A stretch of 64,000 bases of DNA from an uncultured Gammaproteobacteria bacterium (GCA_964616855.1 CAZTUJ010000001.1:384301-448300), one strand, 5' to 3'; counted from the stretch's first letter, positions 35,627-45,458 are shown. A program made the numbers and translations. The notes: generated by a model from the letters alone, not told the origin.

Positions 35627-36370
35627 ATGAAAAAACTATTAATCTTAACCCTAATTTTATCTCTTTCTTCTTTATCAGCTTGTAGTTTAAATAAGAATAA
35701 CGGGGTGGAAGAAAAATCTGGACAAATAAATCAGCCTAATATTGTTGGCGCTGATCGTGATGAGCATGGTTGTATCGCTTCAGCGGGCTATAGCTGGTGC
35801 GAAATAAAACAAAAATGTCTTAGAATTTGGGAGGAAAAATGTGAAGAGGGCGGACTTGAAGTTAATGAAAGTGTATCTTCTGAAAAACTAGGCATCAAAG
35901 TTTCATATTATTCAAGTACTGAAAATAAAACTGGGTCAAAAGTAGAAGATAATCGTATTTACTTTTATATGAACGGGTCGGTAAATGTTAGTGACTATAA
36001 ATCCGGTCAATATTTAGAAGGATTTACTAAAGAGACTAACTTGAGCCTCCAAAGTGCTATTGAGAATAATTTTCTAAAAAATATAGCTAAAGATAAATGT
36101 TTTGTAGAAATTATTGAAGATACTCCTGATTATCAAAAAGCCATTATTAATTATCCTGACGCCCCTTGTTCAGACGGTAGTCCTGCCTTTACTTGCAATA
36201 CTTGCCCGGCTGGATATAGTCGAACTAATGGTATTTCTTACTTTATGCATTATAAAAGTCACCCCAATTCCTATTTTTATTTTAGTATTGGCCAGTATTC
36301 TTTAATAATGGGCGACCCTCAAGCAACGAGCAGCTTAGAATGGTTTAATAATATAGAATTTCTCAAGTAG
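35627..36370 (+). CDS. Lipoprotein, function unknown
   Basis: Signal peptide with a lipobox LSAC. 247 aa and Cys-rich. Confidence 0.65.
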   Translation: MKKLLILTLILSLSSLSACSLNKNNGVEEKSGQINQPNIVGADRDEHGCIASAGYSWCEIKQKCLRIWEEKCEEGGLEVNESVSSEKLGIKVSYYSSTENKTGSKVEDNRIYFYMNGSVNVSDYKSGQYLEGFTKETNLSLQSAIENNFLKNIAKDKCFVEIIEDTPDYQKAIINYPDAPCSDGSPAFTCNTCPAGYSRTNGISYFMHYKSHPNSYFYFSIGQYSLIMGDPQATSSLEWFNNIEFLK

Positions 36371-36392
36371 ATTTTTTAAATTGTAAATATTT

Positions 36393-37292
36393 ATGCCCAA
36401 AATAATTGTTTTTGGAGCCACGCTAGATGATAGTCAAAAAAAGCGTTTAGAGGCTTTAGCTGAAGTTATTTATTTTCCTAGTCCAAATAATCCAGAGGAA
36501 TTGATAAAACAGGCGGAAGGAGCCGATGTTTTATTTAGTAATGGCGCTTTCCTTTTAGATAGTCTACCGGCCTTAAATAATATTTTTGTGAGCTATCCCT
36601 ATATCGAACTAGGAGTTTTTAATTCGGAAGATTTAAAAAAGAAGGGCGTCATTGTCGCTAACGCCCAGGGTGGCAATCGCCCCTCTATCATTGAATGGGT
36701 AATGTTTATGACCTTGGAGCTATTTAGAAAGTTTTCTCATCTTATCAGAGTAAAAGAAAATATGCCTTTACAGCTTCAAGAGAGTCTTGACGGTAAAAAA
36801 GTTTTAATTGTAGGCAAGGGAAGTATCGGCACAAAAATTGCCATTGCTTGTCAGGTTTTTGGCATGGAAGTAGATTTTTTTGAAAGAGGTGATGACTTAA
36901 TAGCTAAAGCTGCTAAAGTCGACCTTATCATTAACTCCCTTAATTGCAACTCTTCAAGCAAAAATCTTTTAAATAAAGACTTCTTTCTCTCCCTTAAGCC
37001 AGGATCATGCTTTATATCTTTTGTCCGCCAGTATACCTATGATTTAGACGGTTTAATAGAATCTATAAACAAAGGGGTTGTGGCTGGTGCGGCCATTGAC
37101 TGTGATCCGGAGAAATTTGGCGATACAGATAATGAATTTTATCAAAAAGCTTTAAGCAATAACCATATATTAGTTACACCTCATATCGCCTGGTCCACCA
37201 GACAGGCACTTGCTAATGGCGTTGAGATTGCGGTACAGAATATTGAAGCCTTTCTAAATGGTCGTCCGCAAAATATATTAACGAAGAAATAA
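36393..37292 (+). CDS. D-isomer-specific 2-hydroxyacid dehydrogenase family protein
   Basis: Rossmann motif VLIVGKGSIGTKIA. The C-terminal TPHIAWST contains the catalytic His context. Confidence 0.85.
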   Translation: MPKIIVFGATLDDSQKKRLEALAEVIYFPSPNNPEELIKQAEGADVLFSNGAFLLDSLPALNNIFVSYPYIELGVFNSEDLKKKGVIVANAQGGNRPSIIEWVMFMTLELFRKFSHLIRVKENMPLQLQESLDGKKVLIVGKGSIGTKIAIACQVFGMEVDFFERGDDLIAKAAKVDLIINSLNCNSSSKNLLNKDFFLSLKPGSCFISFVRQYTYDLDGLIESINKGVVAGAAIDCDPEKFGDTDNEFYQKALSNNHILVTPHIAWSTRQALANGVEIAVQNIEAFLNGRPQNILTKK

Positions 37293-37302
37293 GTTACGGG
37301 CT

Positions 37303-38043
37303 ATGTCTATGGAAAGTAAAATGGAATTAAAATCAGTTACTTTATTAGCGATTGATTGCGTAAATTTAGAAAGAGTAAAGCAAGTTGTTGAAATTTGCCT
37401 TAATCATTTTGAATTTGCCGAAGTTAAAATTTTATCTTCATTAGTATCTAATGATTCAGAGAATATTTATAAGATAGCTTCTATCAAATCTACTGAAGAA
37501 TATTCATCTTTTGTAATTAATGAGCTCTATAAGTATGTTGATACCGCTCAAGTGCTAATCGTTCAATATGACGGCTTTATTCTTAATCCTAAAGCTTGGA
37601 ATGATGAATTTTTAAAATATGACTATCTGGGCGCCCCTTGGTTGGTGGCTGACTGGTCGGTAGATAAATATGACTTTCCCCCTGAATTACTAGGAAAATA
37701 TGTTGTTGGCAATGGCGGCTTTAGTTTGCGTAGCAAGAAGCTTTTATCTTTAACCGCTCACTTGGCGCAAGAGGGAAAATTAAAAAAATATCACCCCGAG
37801 GATGTTTCGATTTGTGTTTATTACCGTGAACTTTTAGAAAAAAATGGAATAAAATTTGCCCCGATTGATTTGGCTAAACAATTTTCTTTTGAGGGAGAGA
37901 GTTTAGATAATTATGCCTGGAATAATCAATTTGGATTCCATGGACTCAAATGGACAGATATTTCTAAATGGAGTAAATTAAATGAAGAGCATAAAATTGA
38001 TAATCCGGCCACTGATGAATTGGAAATAGTAAAATATCTTTAA
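37303..38043 (+). CDS. DUF5672-like protein
   Basis: 246 aa. YDYLGAPW...GNGGFSLRSKK resembles the DUF5672 signature, from memory. Confidence 0.55.
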   Translation: MSMESKMELKSVTLLAIDCVNLERVKQVVEICLNHFEFAEVKILSSLVSNDSENIYKIASIKSTEEYSSFVINELYKYVDTAQVLIVQYDGFILNPKAWNDEFLKYDYLGAPWLVADWSVDKYDFPPELLGKYVVGNGGFSLRSKKLLSLTAHLAQEGKLKKYHPEDVSICVYYRELLEKNGIKFAPIDLAKQFSFEGESLDNYAWNNQFGFHGLKWTDISKWSKLNEEHKIDNPATDELEIVKYL

Positions 38044-38130
38044 TAGAAAATATTGTTATAAAATATTTTAATTGTATGTAAAATTAACTAGTTTATTTAT
38101 TAAAAAGACTTTTTATATTAATTATTATTT

Positions 38131-39852
38131 ATGAAAATCAAAAAAATTTATTATTTATTTCCAATGCTAGTAATATTAGTACTTCCTTTTTTTTCAAAAG
38201 TACATGCAGCTCAATTTGATACTGAATCAAAAATTCTCTATAATATCCCGTCCGATATTAGAACTTCAATTGTTATGCCATTTTTTTCTAATGATGGAGA
38301 GCAATTTGCTTTTGTAAAAAATTATATCAATGCCACTAGTTCAGTAATTTTTAATGGAAAAGAGGTGTACGATAACTATAAAAAAGTAGGTTTAATTCCT
38401 AAATTTAGCCCAGATGGCACAAAATTTGCCTATGTCGTTACTTATAATGATAATCGACCAAACGCCTCAAGCTCTCATCTAATACTAAATGGTCAGGATT
38501 ATCAGAGCTATAAATCAATAGAATCAGATTCGTTAATATTTAGCGCTGATAGCCAGCATTATGCTTTTACAGCCTCCGCTGATGGAAAAATGTTTATTGT
38601 TGTCGATAAGCAAGAAAATAATAAGTATGATGAGGTCTCATATCCTAATATAAGTTTTGATGGAAAAAGGCTAGCCTATAGCGCAAAAAATGATATTGAT
38701 ATTGGAAAATCGTTAATAATTGATGGCAAAATTTGGGGGAAATATGTTGACGTAAAATATCCAATTGTTTTTAGCGCTGATGGTTCACATGTAGCTTATG
38801 CTGCTAGTAACGGTAGCTGGTCTTTGTTTGTTGATGATAAAGAAGTCTCCTCTGGGTATGACAATATCACAAATATTTGGGTCGGAAATTCTGGAAAATA
38901 TGCCTTTATTGGTGTAAGGGGAACAGAATATAAAGCAAATATAAATGGTGAGGAGAGCCAGTCATACTCTATGGCCTCTGGTTTAATCATTAGCTACGAT
39001 GAAAAGCGTTCAATTTTTGCCGCTCGTAGAGGCAACAACGAATTTGCTGTAATTGATGGCAAGGAAGGAATTTCATATCCTATTTTTATAACTGGATCAA
39101 TTCCAAATTTTAGTCCCGACAGCAAACACGTGGTTTATAAAACTAGCCGGTTCTCTTCTGATGGGATGAAAAGACTATTTTTCTTGGTGGCCGATGGTCA
39201 AGAGATTGGTGTTAACGGTTGGTATTTTAACGGTTTTGATTTGGGTAACGGTCAACATACTGAGTTTTATTTTTCAAAAAATAGCCGTTATTTGATTTAT
39301 AATTCTTTGGTAAATAAAAATCAAATTGTTAGGAATCAAATTGATTTAGTAGGAAAAGATGATGTGCCCGTTGTCACTCAAGACGTAAAGGTAAATTCGT
39401 CGATAAAATCTGAAGATAAGAATATATCAACAAGTGGCGCCATTATTAAGCCAACATCTCCCGCTAAACTTGACCCAATTGCTAATCGCCTAAAGGGCAT
39501 GATACTTTTACAAGTTGAAGATAAGGGTCAGGCTTGGTATGTAAATCCTAAAGATGGCAGAAGATATTATTTGGCGGATGGTAATTCTGCATATCAAGTT
39601 ATGAAAAATTTGGGAATTGGTATAAATAATAAGGATTTAGATAAAATTAAAACAAGCGCTGATTTTAGAAAAAAATTTATTGGTAAAATATTTTTACAAG
39701 TAGAATCTCACGGAGAGGCTTATTATATTAGTCAAAATGGTAGGTATAATTATCTGAAAGATGGTGCGGCGGCTTATTCGGTTATGAGAAATTTTGGCAT
39801 CGGCGTCACAAACAGTGACTTGAATAAAATATCACTGGGTGAACAAAATTAA
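38131..39852 (+). CDS. Secreted TolB/WD40-like beta-propeller repeat protein with two C-terminal ~55-aa repeats
   Basis: Signal peptide (VHA-AQ). FSPDG/FSADG/SFDGK blades recur. The C-terminus carries LKGMILLQVEDKGQAWYVNPKDGRRYYLADGNSAYQVMKNLGIGINNKDLDKIK and a second copy. Confidence 0.75.
   Translation: MKIKKIYYLFPMLVILVLPFFSKVHAAQFDTESKILYNIPSDIRTSIVMPFFSNDGEQFAFVKNYINATSSVIFNGKEVYDNYKKVGLIPKFSPDGTKFAYVVTYNDNRPNASSSHLILNGQDYQSYKSIESDSLIFSADSQHYAFTASADGKMFIVVDKQENNKYDEVSYPNISFDGKRLAYSAKNDIDIGKSLIIDGKIWGKYVDVKYPIVFSADGSHVAYAASNGSWSLFVDDKEVSSGYDNITNIWVGNSGKYAFIGVRGTEYKANINGEESQSYSMASGLIISYDEKRSIFAARRGNNEFAVIDGKEGISYPIFITGSIPNFSPDSKHVVYKTSRFSSDGMKRLFFLVADGQEIGVNGWYFNGFDLGNGQHTEFYFSKNSRYLIYNSLVNKNQIVRNQIDLVGKDDVPVVTQDVKVNSSIKSEDKNISTSGAIIKPTSPAKLDPIANRLKGMILLQVEDKGQAWYVNPKDGRRYYLADGNSAYQVMKNLGIGINNKDLDKIKTSADFRKKFIGKIFLQVESHGEAYYISQNGRYNYLKDGAAAYSVMRNFGIGVTNSDLNKISLGEQN
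39487..39840 (+). repeat. Two tandem C-terminal ~55-aa repeats, same family as 30331-30739
   Basis: Protein-level alignment by eye. More than 20 positions are conserved across all four copies. Confidence 0.8.
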
Positions 39853-39873
39853 AAGCTATAACATATTGTTGTT

Positions 39874-39900
39874 AAAAATCCAGCTTAGGCTGGATTTTTA
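39874..39900. terminator. Bidirectional intrinsic terminator
   Basis: AAAAATCCAGC-TTAG-GCTGGATTTTT lies between convergent genes. Confidence 0.85.
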
Positions 39901-39918
39901 ATATGAAACTATCTATAG

Positions 39919-40674
39919 TTAATAGGGAAAACTAAATTTTTCATAGAAATTTAACTTTCTCATCTTATAGCAAATTACCTCGTCATCCCTATGTTGCTTA
40001 ACTAAGAGCGGATAGAATTCCTGTCCGTTTATTTTTACCTTCAGGAAGTCTTTAAGCTTAGCTATCGTTGCTTGATTTATTTCTTTTTTGTTTAATTTTC
40101 CAAATACTTGGTATAACTCTTTTCTATTAGCATCTTGATAATTAATTGGCTCATTACTACAAAAAATACTTAGAGCTTTAAAGAGCTTGCTGCTGATAGC
40201 GGGGCTATCTTGGGGGCCACATTCTATACCTACTCCGCAATTAAAAAAGCGCGATAGGGGCCCAGTCAAACGGCCGTTGTTCTTGCTTCCCCAAATAACG
40301 ATATTTTTTATTGGCAATAAATAGGCCAGCATTAAATTAGCTGGAATCGGGTTAGTAACAATTGTAAATAGGCTACATCTAGAAGTGGCGCTATGAATAT
40401 CTATAGTAAATTGATATTTATTAGCTAAATTATTAATTTCCCAGGCTCGGTTTTTTTCGTAGTTAGTTGACGCTCTCTCCCCTGGGGCGACTCGGTTTAA
40501 ATCGCTATCAAGATATCTTTTCTTTGCCTCCAGGGCTTTGGGGTTGCCAATAATCATTTTAAATTTATTAGGAAACTCTTTCTGCAGCCTTTTAATCACA
40601 GGGATGCTAAAACCTTCATCGCCATGAGTGGCGGTGATAATTAAAAATTTTTGATTTTTCATAATTTTTTTCAT
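39919..40674 (-). CDS. Succinylglutamate desuccinylase/aspartoacylase (AstE/AspA) family zinc hydrolase
   Basis: 251 aa. N-terminal ATHGDEGFS provides the H-x-x-E zinc ligands, with a later IDIHS histidine. Confidence 0.65.
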   Translation of the reverse strand: MKKIMKNQKFLIITATHGDEGFSIPVIKRLQKEFPNKFKMIIGNPKALEAKKRYLDSDLNRVAPGERASTNYEKNRAWEINNLANKYQFTIDIHSATSRCSLFTIVTNPIPANLMLAYLLPIKNIVIWGSKNNGRLTGPLSRFFNCGVGIECGPQDSPAISSKLFKALSIFCSNEPINYQDANRKELYQVFGKLNKKEINQATIAKLKDFLKVKINGQEFYPLLVKQHRDDEVICYKMRKLNFYEKFSFPY

Positions 40675-40729
40675 GTTTTATAAGTAAAAGTAGGGGCTGA
40701 TTAGTGAAGACACCAATCAGCCTAAATTT

Positions 40730-41272
40730 CTACTTACAACCCCTTTGCCAGACTTCTTTAAAGATGCACAAAAGTACATCATCACAGTATTCACCGTTAA
40801 TGTAGTACTCTTTTAGCATTAAGCCTTGCTGCTGAAAGCCCAGGCGGAGTAAACGCTTAACGTTTCTATCATTAAAACTAAAGACGTCAGCATTAATTTT
40901 CCTTAAGTTAAGGGTTTGAAAAGCGTAATCTAGCAGTAATCTCAAGGCTTGAGTGCCATAGCCTTTACCCTGGTTTTTTTCAGAGACAAAGGTTGTAGTT
41001 TTGCCGGTACCGTTTATTTGATTAATGCGGCGCAACATAATAAAACCAAGAATTTCCTCTTTGTCTTTTAAGGTAATTCCTAATATAAGCTGATCCGGAC
41101 CGGTCATGTATGAAATAATCCTTTGCCGGTCATAGGGTAAATTTCTACCCAGATGATGTCCCCACTGAGGATCATTACGAAACTCCATCATTTTGTCTTG
41201 ATGAGACTCAGATAATGAATCCAGCACAATAAGCTCCACCGCTTCATTGCTTAAAAACACTTGTTTTTTCAT
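40730..41272 (-). CDS. GNAT family N-acetyltransferase (RimJ/RimL-like)
   Basis: 180 aa. The acetyl-CoA motif A is QGKGYGTQALRLLLDYAF. Confidence 0.85.
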   Translation of the reverse strand: MKKQVFLSNEAVELIVLDSLSESHQDKMMEFRNDPQWGHHLGRNLPYDRQRIISYMTGPDQLILGITLKDKEEILGFIMLRRINQINGTGKTTTFVSEKNQGKGYGTQALRLLLDYAFQTLNLRKINADVFSFNDRNVKRLLRLGFQQQGLMLKEYYINGEYCDDVLLCIFKEVWQRGCK

Positions 41273-41331
41273 CTTTAATTGATTTTAATGGTTTAAGGAA
41301 CTAGTTTATCTTTGGTTTATTGCTATATAAC

Positions 41332-41356
41332 AAAAAACCCTTCCGTTAAGAAGGGG
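41332..41356 (-). terminator. Intrinsic terminator after the TrpR-like gene
   Basis: The minus strand reads CCCTTC-TTAACG-GAAGGG followed by TTTTTT. Confidence 0.7.
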
Positions 41357-41387
41357 CTGCTGTTATCTAAATAAAAACAATCCTTTC

Positions 41388-41699
41388 CTAACGGAATTTA
41401 TCAGGATTGTGATGATAAAGAGAGGCTAATATTTGTTTATATCCGCCCAGAGGGCCTTTTAACCATTTGGATATTCTGGCAATAGTGGTAGAGGATAGCC
41501 CGGTTTTTTGAGAAATATCAAGATAAGAGACATTCTCCGTTAATAATCTCGCTGCTTCTAAGCGACTAGAAAATTCCTCTATTTCTTTAGGTGTCATTAA
41601 ATCACGCAAAAAAGCCTCTACTTCTTTGGGGTTGCTTAAAGTTAAAAAGGCGGAAATTAACTGCTGTTTTTCTTTTGTTTTCCAGTCAACATCTTTCAT
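41388..41699 (-). CDS. TrpR-related YerC/YecD family DNA-binding protein
   Basis: 103 aa. LMTPKEIEEFSSRLEAARLL...SYLDISQKTGLSSTTIARISKWLK matches the YerC/YecD pattern. Confidence 0.8.
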   Translation of the reverse strand: MKDVDWKTKEKQQLISAFLTLSNPKEVEAFLRDLMTPKEIEEFSSRLEAARLLTENVSYLDISQKTGLSSTTIARISKWLKGPLGGYKQILASLYHHNPDKFR

Positions 41700-41803
41700 A
41701 TCCTTTACTTTATCAAACTAAAGTGAGATTGTCAAGCAGTTATTAAACTTAGTTATTTTAGGAAAAAATTTATAGTTTTAGTTTAATGTGATATAATTTA
41801 ATT

Positions 41804-41986
41804 ATGAAAAAATATTACTGGAAAATAATTTATCTTACTTTAGCACTATTGTTTAGTGTCTTTATGTTTATATATGGCGGTTACGATGATAGCCCGGGTG
41901 CCCAGTTATTAGGACTGATCATATTTATTATCAGTATTATTGGGTTAGTGAGGATTAGAAAAAAACATTATAGTATAAAAAGATAA
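41804..41986 (+). CDS. Small two-TM protein
   Basis: 60 aa. TGaTATAAT lies 8 nt upstream of the ATG, so the transcript is near-leaderless. Confidence 0.45.
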   Translation: MKKYYWKIIYLTLALLFSVFMFIYGGYDDSPGAQLLGLIIFIISIIGLVRIRKKHYSIKR

Positions 41987-42081
41987 ATTATTTTCCAGTA
42001 ATATTTTTACAGTATTTAAAGAATAATTTGATTTTATTCTAAAAAGAGGCTAAGATAAGTATTATTAATTTAAACATCTAT

Positions 42082-42204
42082 ATGGCTAAAAGAAGCACTG
42101 GTGTAGGGAAGGGCAAAAAGTCTCACTCTCACAAAACCAAAAAACGCTTAGAAATAAAGCGAGTAATGCTGGAGGAAAAAGCAAAAAAGGCAAACAAAGG
42201 CTAA
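42082..42204 (+). CDS. Possible 40-aa highly basic protein (below the track cut-off)
   Basis: Hand translation gives MAKRSTGVGKGKKSHSHKTKKRLEIKRVMLEEKAKKANKG. A terminator lies downstream. There is no SD sequence. Confidence 0.3.
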   Translation: MAKRSTGVGKGKKSHSHKTKKRLEIKRVMLEEKAKKANKG

Positions 42205-42256
42205 TTATTATTAAGATGAGTCTTGTTCCCGCCAATCAAATTAGAGTTTTTCTATA

Positions 42257-42282
42257 AAAACGCGCCTTAGGCGTGTTTTTGT
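42257..42282 (+). terminator. Intrinsic terminator
   Basis: AACGCGCC-TTA-GGCGTGTT followed by TTT. Confidence 0.7.
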
Positions 42283-42302
42283 TATTATTTTTACTATAAA
42301 AA

Positions 42303-42331
42303 TGGACTTTTTGGGAAAAAAGTGGTATAAT
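42303..42331 (+). promoter_or_regulatory. Promoter with extended -10 (TGGACT-17-TGgTATAAT)
   Basis: Read directly from the sequence, upstream of the 42391 gene. Confidence 0.55.
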
Positions 42332-42390
42332 ACGGAAATCTTCAACTTTTTATCATCTTTATCATTTATTTTTAGATTAATATAAAATCT

Positions 42391-44715
42391 ATGTCTTTAT
42401 TTGACAAATTAGGCCAAAGAAAAACTGAAAAGATTAGCAAAGAAAAAGAGGCAATTAATGCTGAAAAAAAGCAAAGCGTAGAAGAGCTAGCGGCGGCAAT
42501 TGTAGCTGCTAATGATAAAAAAACGCGCCTAGAAACAATGCTCAGAGATCTAGACTGGGCTTTTAAGGGTGGCAAACAGGCCTTGGATAGCTTTAAAGGC
42601 AAAAAAGAGCAGTTACAGTCAGCTTATGACGAGCACCAAGATATTTTAGCGGAAGACGGGGTCAACAATTTTGAAGAAATGCTTGAGGTTAATGCTGACG
42701 AAATTGAAGTCAAGGAATATCGAAGAAGCGGTGGCCGCGCTCCTAAGAATCAAAATGAAGAAGTCGGAGCAACCGGATCTTTATATAAAGGTGTTAAGAC
42801 GCTGGTGGACTTGAAAGCCGCTATTCAGGCAGAGATGCCCGATGTTAAGCTCAACTTTGCCGCCACTAAGAGAAAGGGCGAAGAAATTAGCAACCGGGAG
42901 GCTAGCTATACCGCCATTGCTGAATATTTAAAAAATTTAGATCAAGAAATAATTGAATTACAAAAGAAGAAAGAACAGGCCTATTTAGAGACTAGTGAAG
43001 GGAAAAGAGATTTAATTAATAAGACTAGAAATGTTGATTATACCTTTAATAATATTACTCTTAAAACCCCTGATAACTTCTACTTTGAAGACAACGTCTT
43101 ATCTTTAAGCCAACAAATTGGATCGGAAGCCATTAAAGAGGTTTATGCGGAAAAACTAACAGAAAAACTTAAAAAAGAAGCTTGGTCTAATAAAAATAAA
43201 GATCAGCGCGATTCCTATAATAAAAGTGAAGAGCAAAAAGGGATTGAAAATCAACCGGCTTTAAAAGAATTGGTTGAAGCTAGGTATAACCGCCAAGAAC
43301 TGCAAGAATCGCAGGCTCTTTATCAAGAAGCTCTAAAACATTTGAGTTCTCTATTTAAAGATAGGGATCTTAAAGATAAAATTTTAGGGTACGGCTTGGG
43401 CAGGTATTCGGATAAGGAAAGTTATCGGGATTGGGACGAAGAAAAGATTTTAGCAGATCGCTATCTACAACATGTGGCGGAAATGGGGCATATCATTCCT
43501 GGCTTTAACCAAAGCTCAGAAAATTTTAACAATCTAGTCGAACAGTTTGAAAAAAATTCTTCTAATTTAAGTAATCGTAATTTCAAAGATAATCTTTATC
43601 GGCCGGAATATTTCCACACCTGCTTTGAAAATTTCAACAAATTCTTCAACTACATCAAAAATGAAACTACCATTGAAAGTAATTTTGTTGGCAATAAGAC
43701 AACCCAAGACTCAGTTTTAAATAGATTTTCTAATAAAGATTTTCGTCAGCAGCTGGGTCTAGATGAATTTAAATCTGATAATTGGCCCCAAGGGCATAAA
43801 TTCTCAGTCCCCAAAGATTACATTGAACGTAATGGGGGTTTTAGCCAGGCTTGGGAAAGGGCGGACAACTTTAGCAGCAACTGGGAAAAAGAAAAGGCAG
43901 ATTTAGAAAAATTAAGCAAAGCCTTAGTTGATTTCCGTTGGGCCCAAGGATTCGAGCGTTGGCATCGAGAAAAAAATAAAGAAGTTTTAAATGAATATGA
44001 CTATAATGATGGTCTATCCCAAAATATTCGCCACCAATTAGAAACGAGTAGACTGATTAAAGATCCGCGTTTTCAAGATAGAAAAATTAAATTAATTGAC
44101 GGCGGCTTTTCAGAACAAACAGCAATTAAAGATGTTAGTTCGGAAGAAGAATATCAAAAAAATCATCAAGAAAGACAAGAAATTCAAAAAGAAATTGATA
44201 CTTTCAGCTCCGAAAAGAAAGAGGCTTTAGAAAAATCAATGGGCGCCATCAGACGGGCCTTACTGACATTTAATAAAGAATCAAAAATTGAAGAGTTAAA
44301 CAAACAATGGCGCGTCTTTGATTATCTGAAGGCGGATAGACAGATTGATTGGGATTTTGCCGCTAAAAATTTATCTCCAGAGGATTTTGCCAAAGTAAAA
44401 GAGCTGGCAGAAAAAAGAAAAACCAACAATGATGAATATAAAGCCTATGATCAGAAAAGATTAAACTTCTTAGAAGCCTCTAGCTCTAAGGCTTTTTATC
44501 TGAAATTTAGACCCAAGGATATCTTAGCTAATCAAGAAATGACGGTAGCGGAGTTACCCACTCGGCTTCAAAATCGCCTCAAAGAATTAGAAGTGGCAAT
44601 GAATAATCTACCAGAAAAAGAAGCGGCTATTATTGCGGAAAGGAAGAGAATCCATGAGGAACTGGAAAAGGCTAAAGAAACCATGGACGAGGTCTTCTCT
44701 AAAATTAGGAAATAA
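42391..44715 (+). CDS. Large cytoplasmic K/E-rich coiled-coil protein, orphan
   Basis: 774 aa with no signal peptide or TM. The ends are long and heptad-like, and the middle is aromatic/Asn-rich. No family was recognised. Confidence 0.7.
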   Translation: MSLFDKLGQRKTEKISKEKEAINAEKKQSVEELAAAIVAANDKKTRLETMLRDLDWAFKGGKQALDSFKGKKEQLQSAYDEHQDILAEDGVNNFEEMLEVNADEIEVKEYRRSGGRAPKNQNEEVGATGSLYKGVKTLVDLKAAIQAEMPDVKLNFAATKRKGEEISNREASYTAIAEYLKNLDQEIIELQKKKEQAYLETSEGKRDLINKTRNVDYTFNNITLKTPDNFYFEDNVLSLSQQIGSEAIKEVYAEKLTEKLKKEAWSNKNKDQRDSYNKSEEQKGIENQPALKELVEARYNRQELQESQALYQEALKHLSSLFKDRDLKDKILGYGLGRYSDKESYRDWDEEKILADRYLQHVAEMGHIIPGFNQSSENFNNLVEQFEKNSSNLSNRNFKDNLYRPEYFHTCFENFNKFFNYIKNETTIESNFVGNKTTQDSVLNRFSNKDFRQQLGLDEFKSDNWPQGHKFSVPKDYIERNGGFSQAWERADNFSSNWEKEKADLEKLSKALVDFRWAQGFERWHREKNKEVLNEYDYNDGLSQNIRHQLETSRLIKDPRFQDRKIKLIDGGFSEQTAIKDVSSEEEYQKNHQERQEIQKEIDTFSSEKKEALEKSMGAIRRALLTFNKESKIEELNKQWRVFDYLKADRQIDWDFAAKNLSPEDFAKVKELAEKRKTNNDEYKAYDQKRLNFLEASSSKAFYLKFRPKDILANQEMTVAELPTRLQNRLKELEVAMNNLPEKEAAIIAERKRIHEELEKAKETMDEVFSKIRK

Positions 44716-44731
44716 TTTGTTGATAAAAAAT

Positions 44732-44761
44732 AAAAAACACCTCAATTTGGGGTGTTTTTTA
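44732..44761 (+). terminator. Intrinsic terminator
   Basis: AAAAAACACC-TCAATTTGG-GGTGTTTTTT. Confidence 0.8.
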
Positions 44762-44793
44762 TTGCTAATTTTAAGGCAAATATCTAATATACA

Positions 44794-44822
44794 TTGACAA
44801 ATATTAATAAAAATGATATAAT
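44794..44822 (+). promoter_or_regulatory. Consensus sigma70 promoter (TTGACA-17-TATAAT with TG)
   Basis: Both hexamers are perfect and the spacer is 17 nt. Confidence 0.8.
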
Positions 44823-44865
44823 ATGACTATTAAAATTACGTTCATTAACCAAAACGATATACAGA

Positions 44866-45402
44866 ATGAGACAGACACGCTCGTATGAGCAAAGCAAAGC
44901 CGATTTTAAAGGCAAAAATCCTTGGATTCCCCAGGAGGACTATGAAAAAATTCTACGCACCATGATTGTGCCGTGTGTGGATATTATTCTCCACACCGAA
45001 GACGAGCGCGGTATTTACCTCGCAAAAAGGATTGCTCTGCCCATGGCGAGCTACTGGTGTCTTGGTGGACGCATGATGTTTAGCGACGCTAGCTTCGAAA
45101 AAGCAGCTGCCCGCTCCCTTAACCGCGAAAGTGGTTTAGTAATAAACCCTTCGAGGTTTAAATTCCTTTGTAACCATCTCTACGCTTGGGAAGCTCTGGC
45201 TCAGGGTAACTTTACTGGCCGTAATATCGCCATCGTCTTCTCCTTAAAGATCAGCTTAAAAGAGCTAAACCAAATCAAAAAAAATCTCAATAGAGATGAA
45301 TTTGATACTGAGTTCAGCTTACAAAAGTTTGACCGACAAAGACTTTTGGACACAGGTGTCCATAAAGCCATGGTCGATATCTTCGACCAGCTATTCCCGT
45401 AG
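44866..45402 (+). CDS. Nudix-fold protein with degenerate Nudix box
   Basis: GGRMMFSDASFEKAAARSLNRESGL aligns to Gx5Ex7REUxEExGU. The first Glu is replaced by Asp, and two of the three Glu in REUxEE are replaced (RSLNRE). Confidence 0.5.
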   Translation: MRQTRSYEQSKADFKGKNPWIPQEDYEKILRTMIVPCVDIILHTEDERGIYLAKRIALPMASYWCLGGRMMFSDASFEKAAARSLNRESGLVINPSRFKFLCNHLYAWEALAQGNFTGRNIAIVFSLKISLKELNQIKKNLNRDEFDTEFSLQKFDRQRLLDTGVHKAMVDIFDQLFP

Positions 45403-45425
45403 GAAAGACAAAAACTTTCAATCTT

Positions 45426-45458
45426 GGCCGCCGCAATTTACTTGGCGGCCTTTTTTTA
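45426..45458 (+). terminator. Intrinsic terminator
   Basis: GGCCGCC-(11-nt loop)-GGCGGCC followed by TTTTTTT. Confidence 0.8.
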
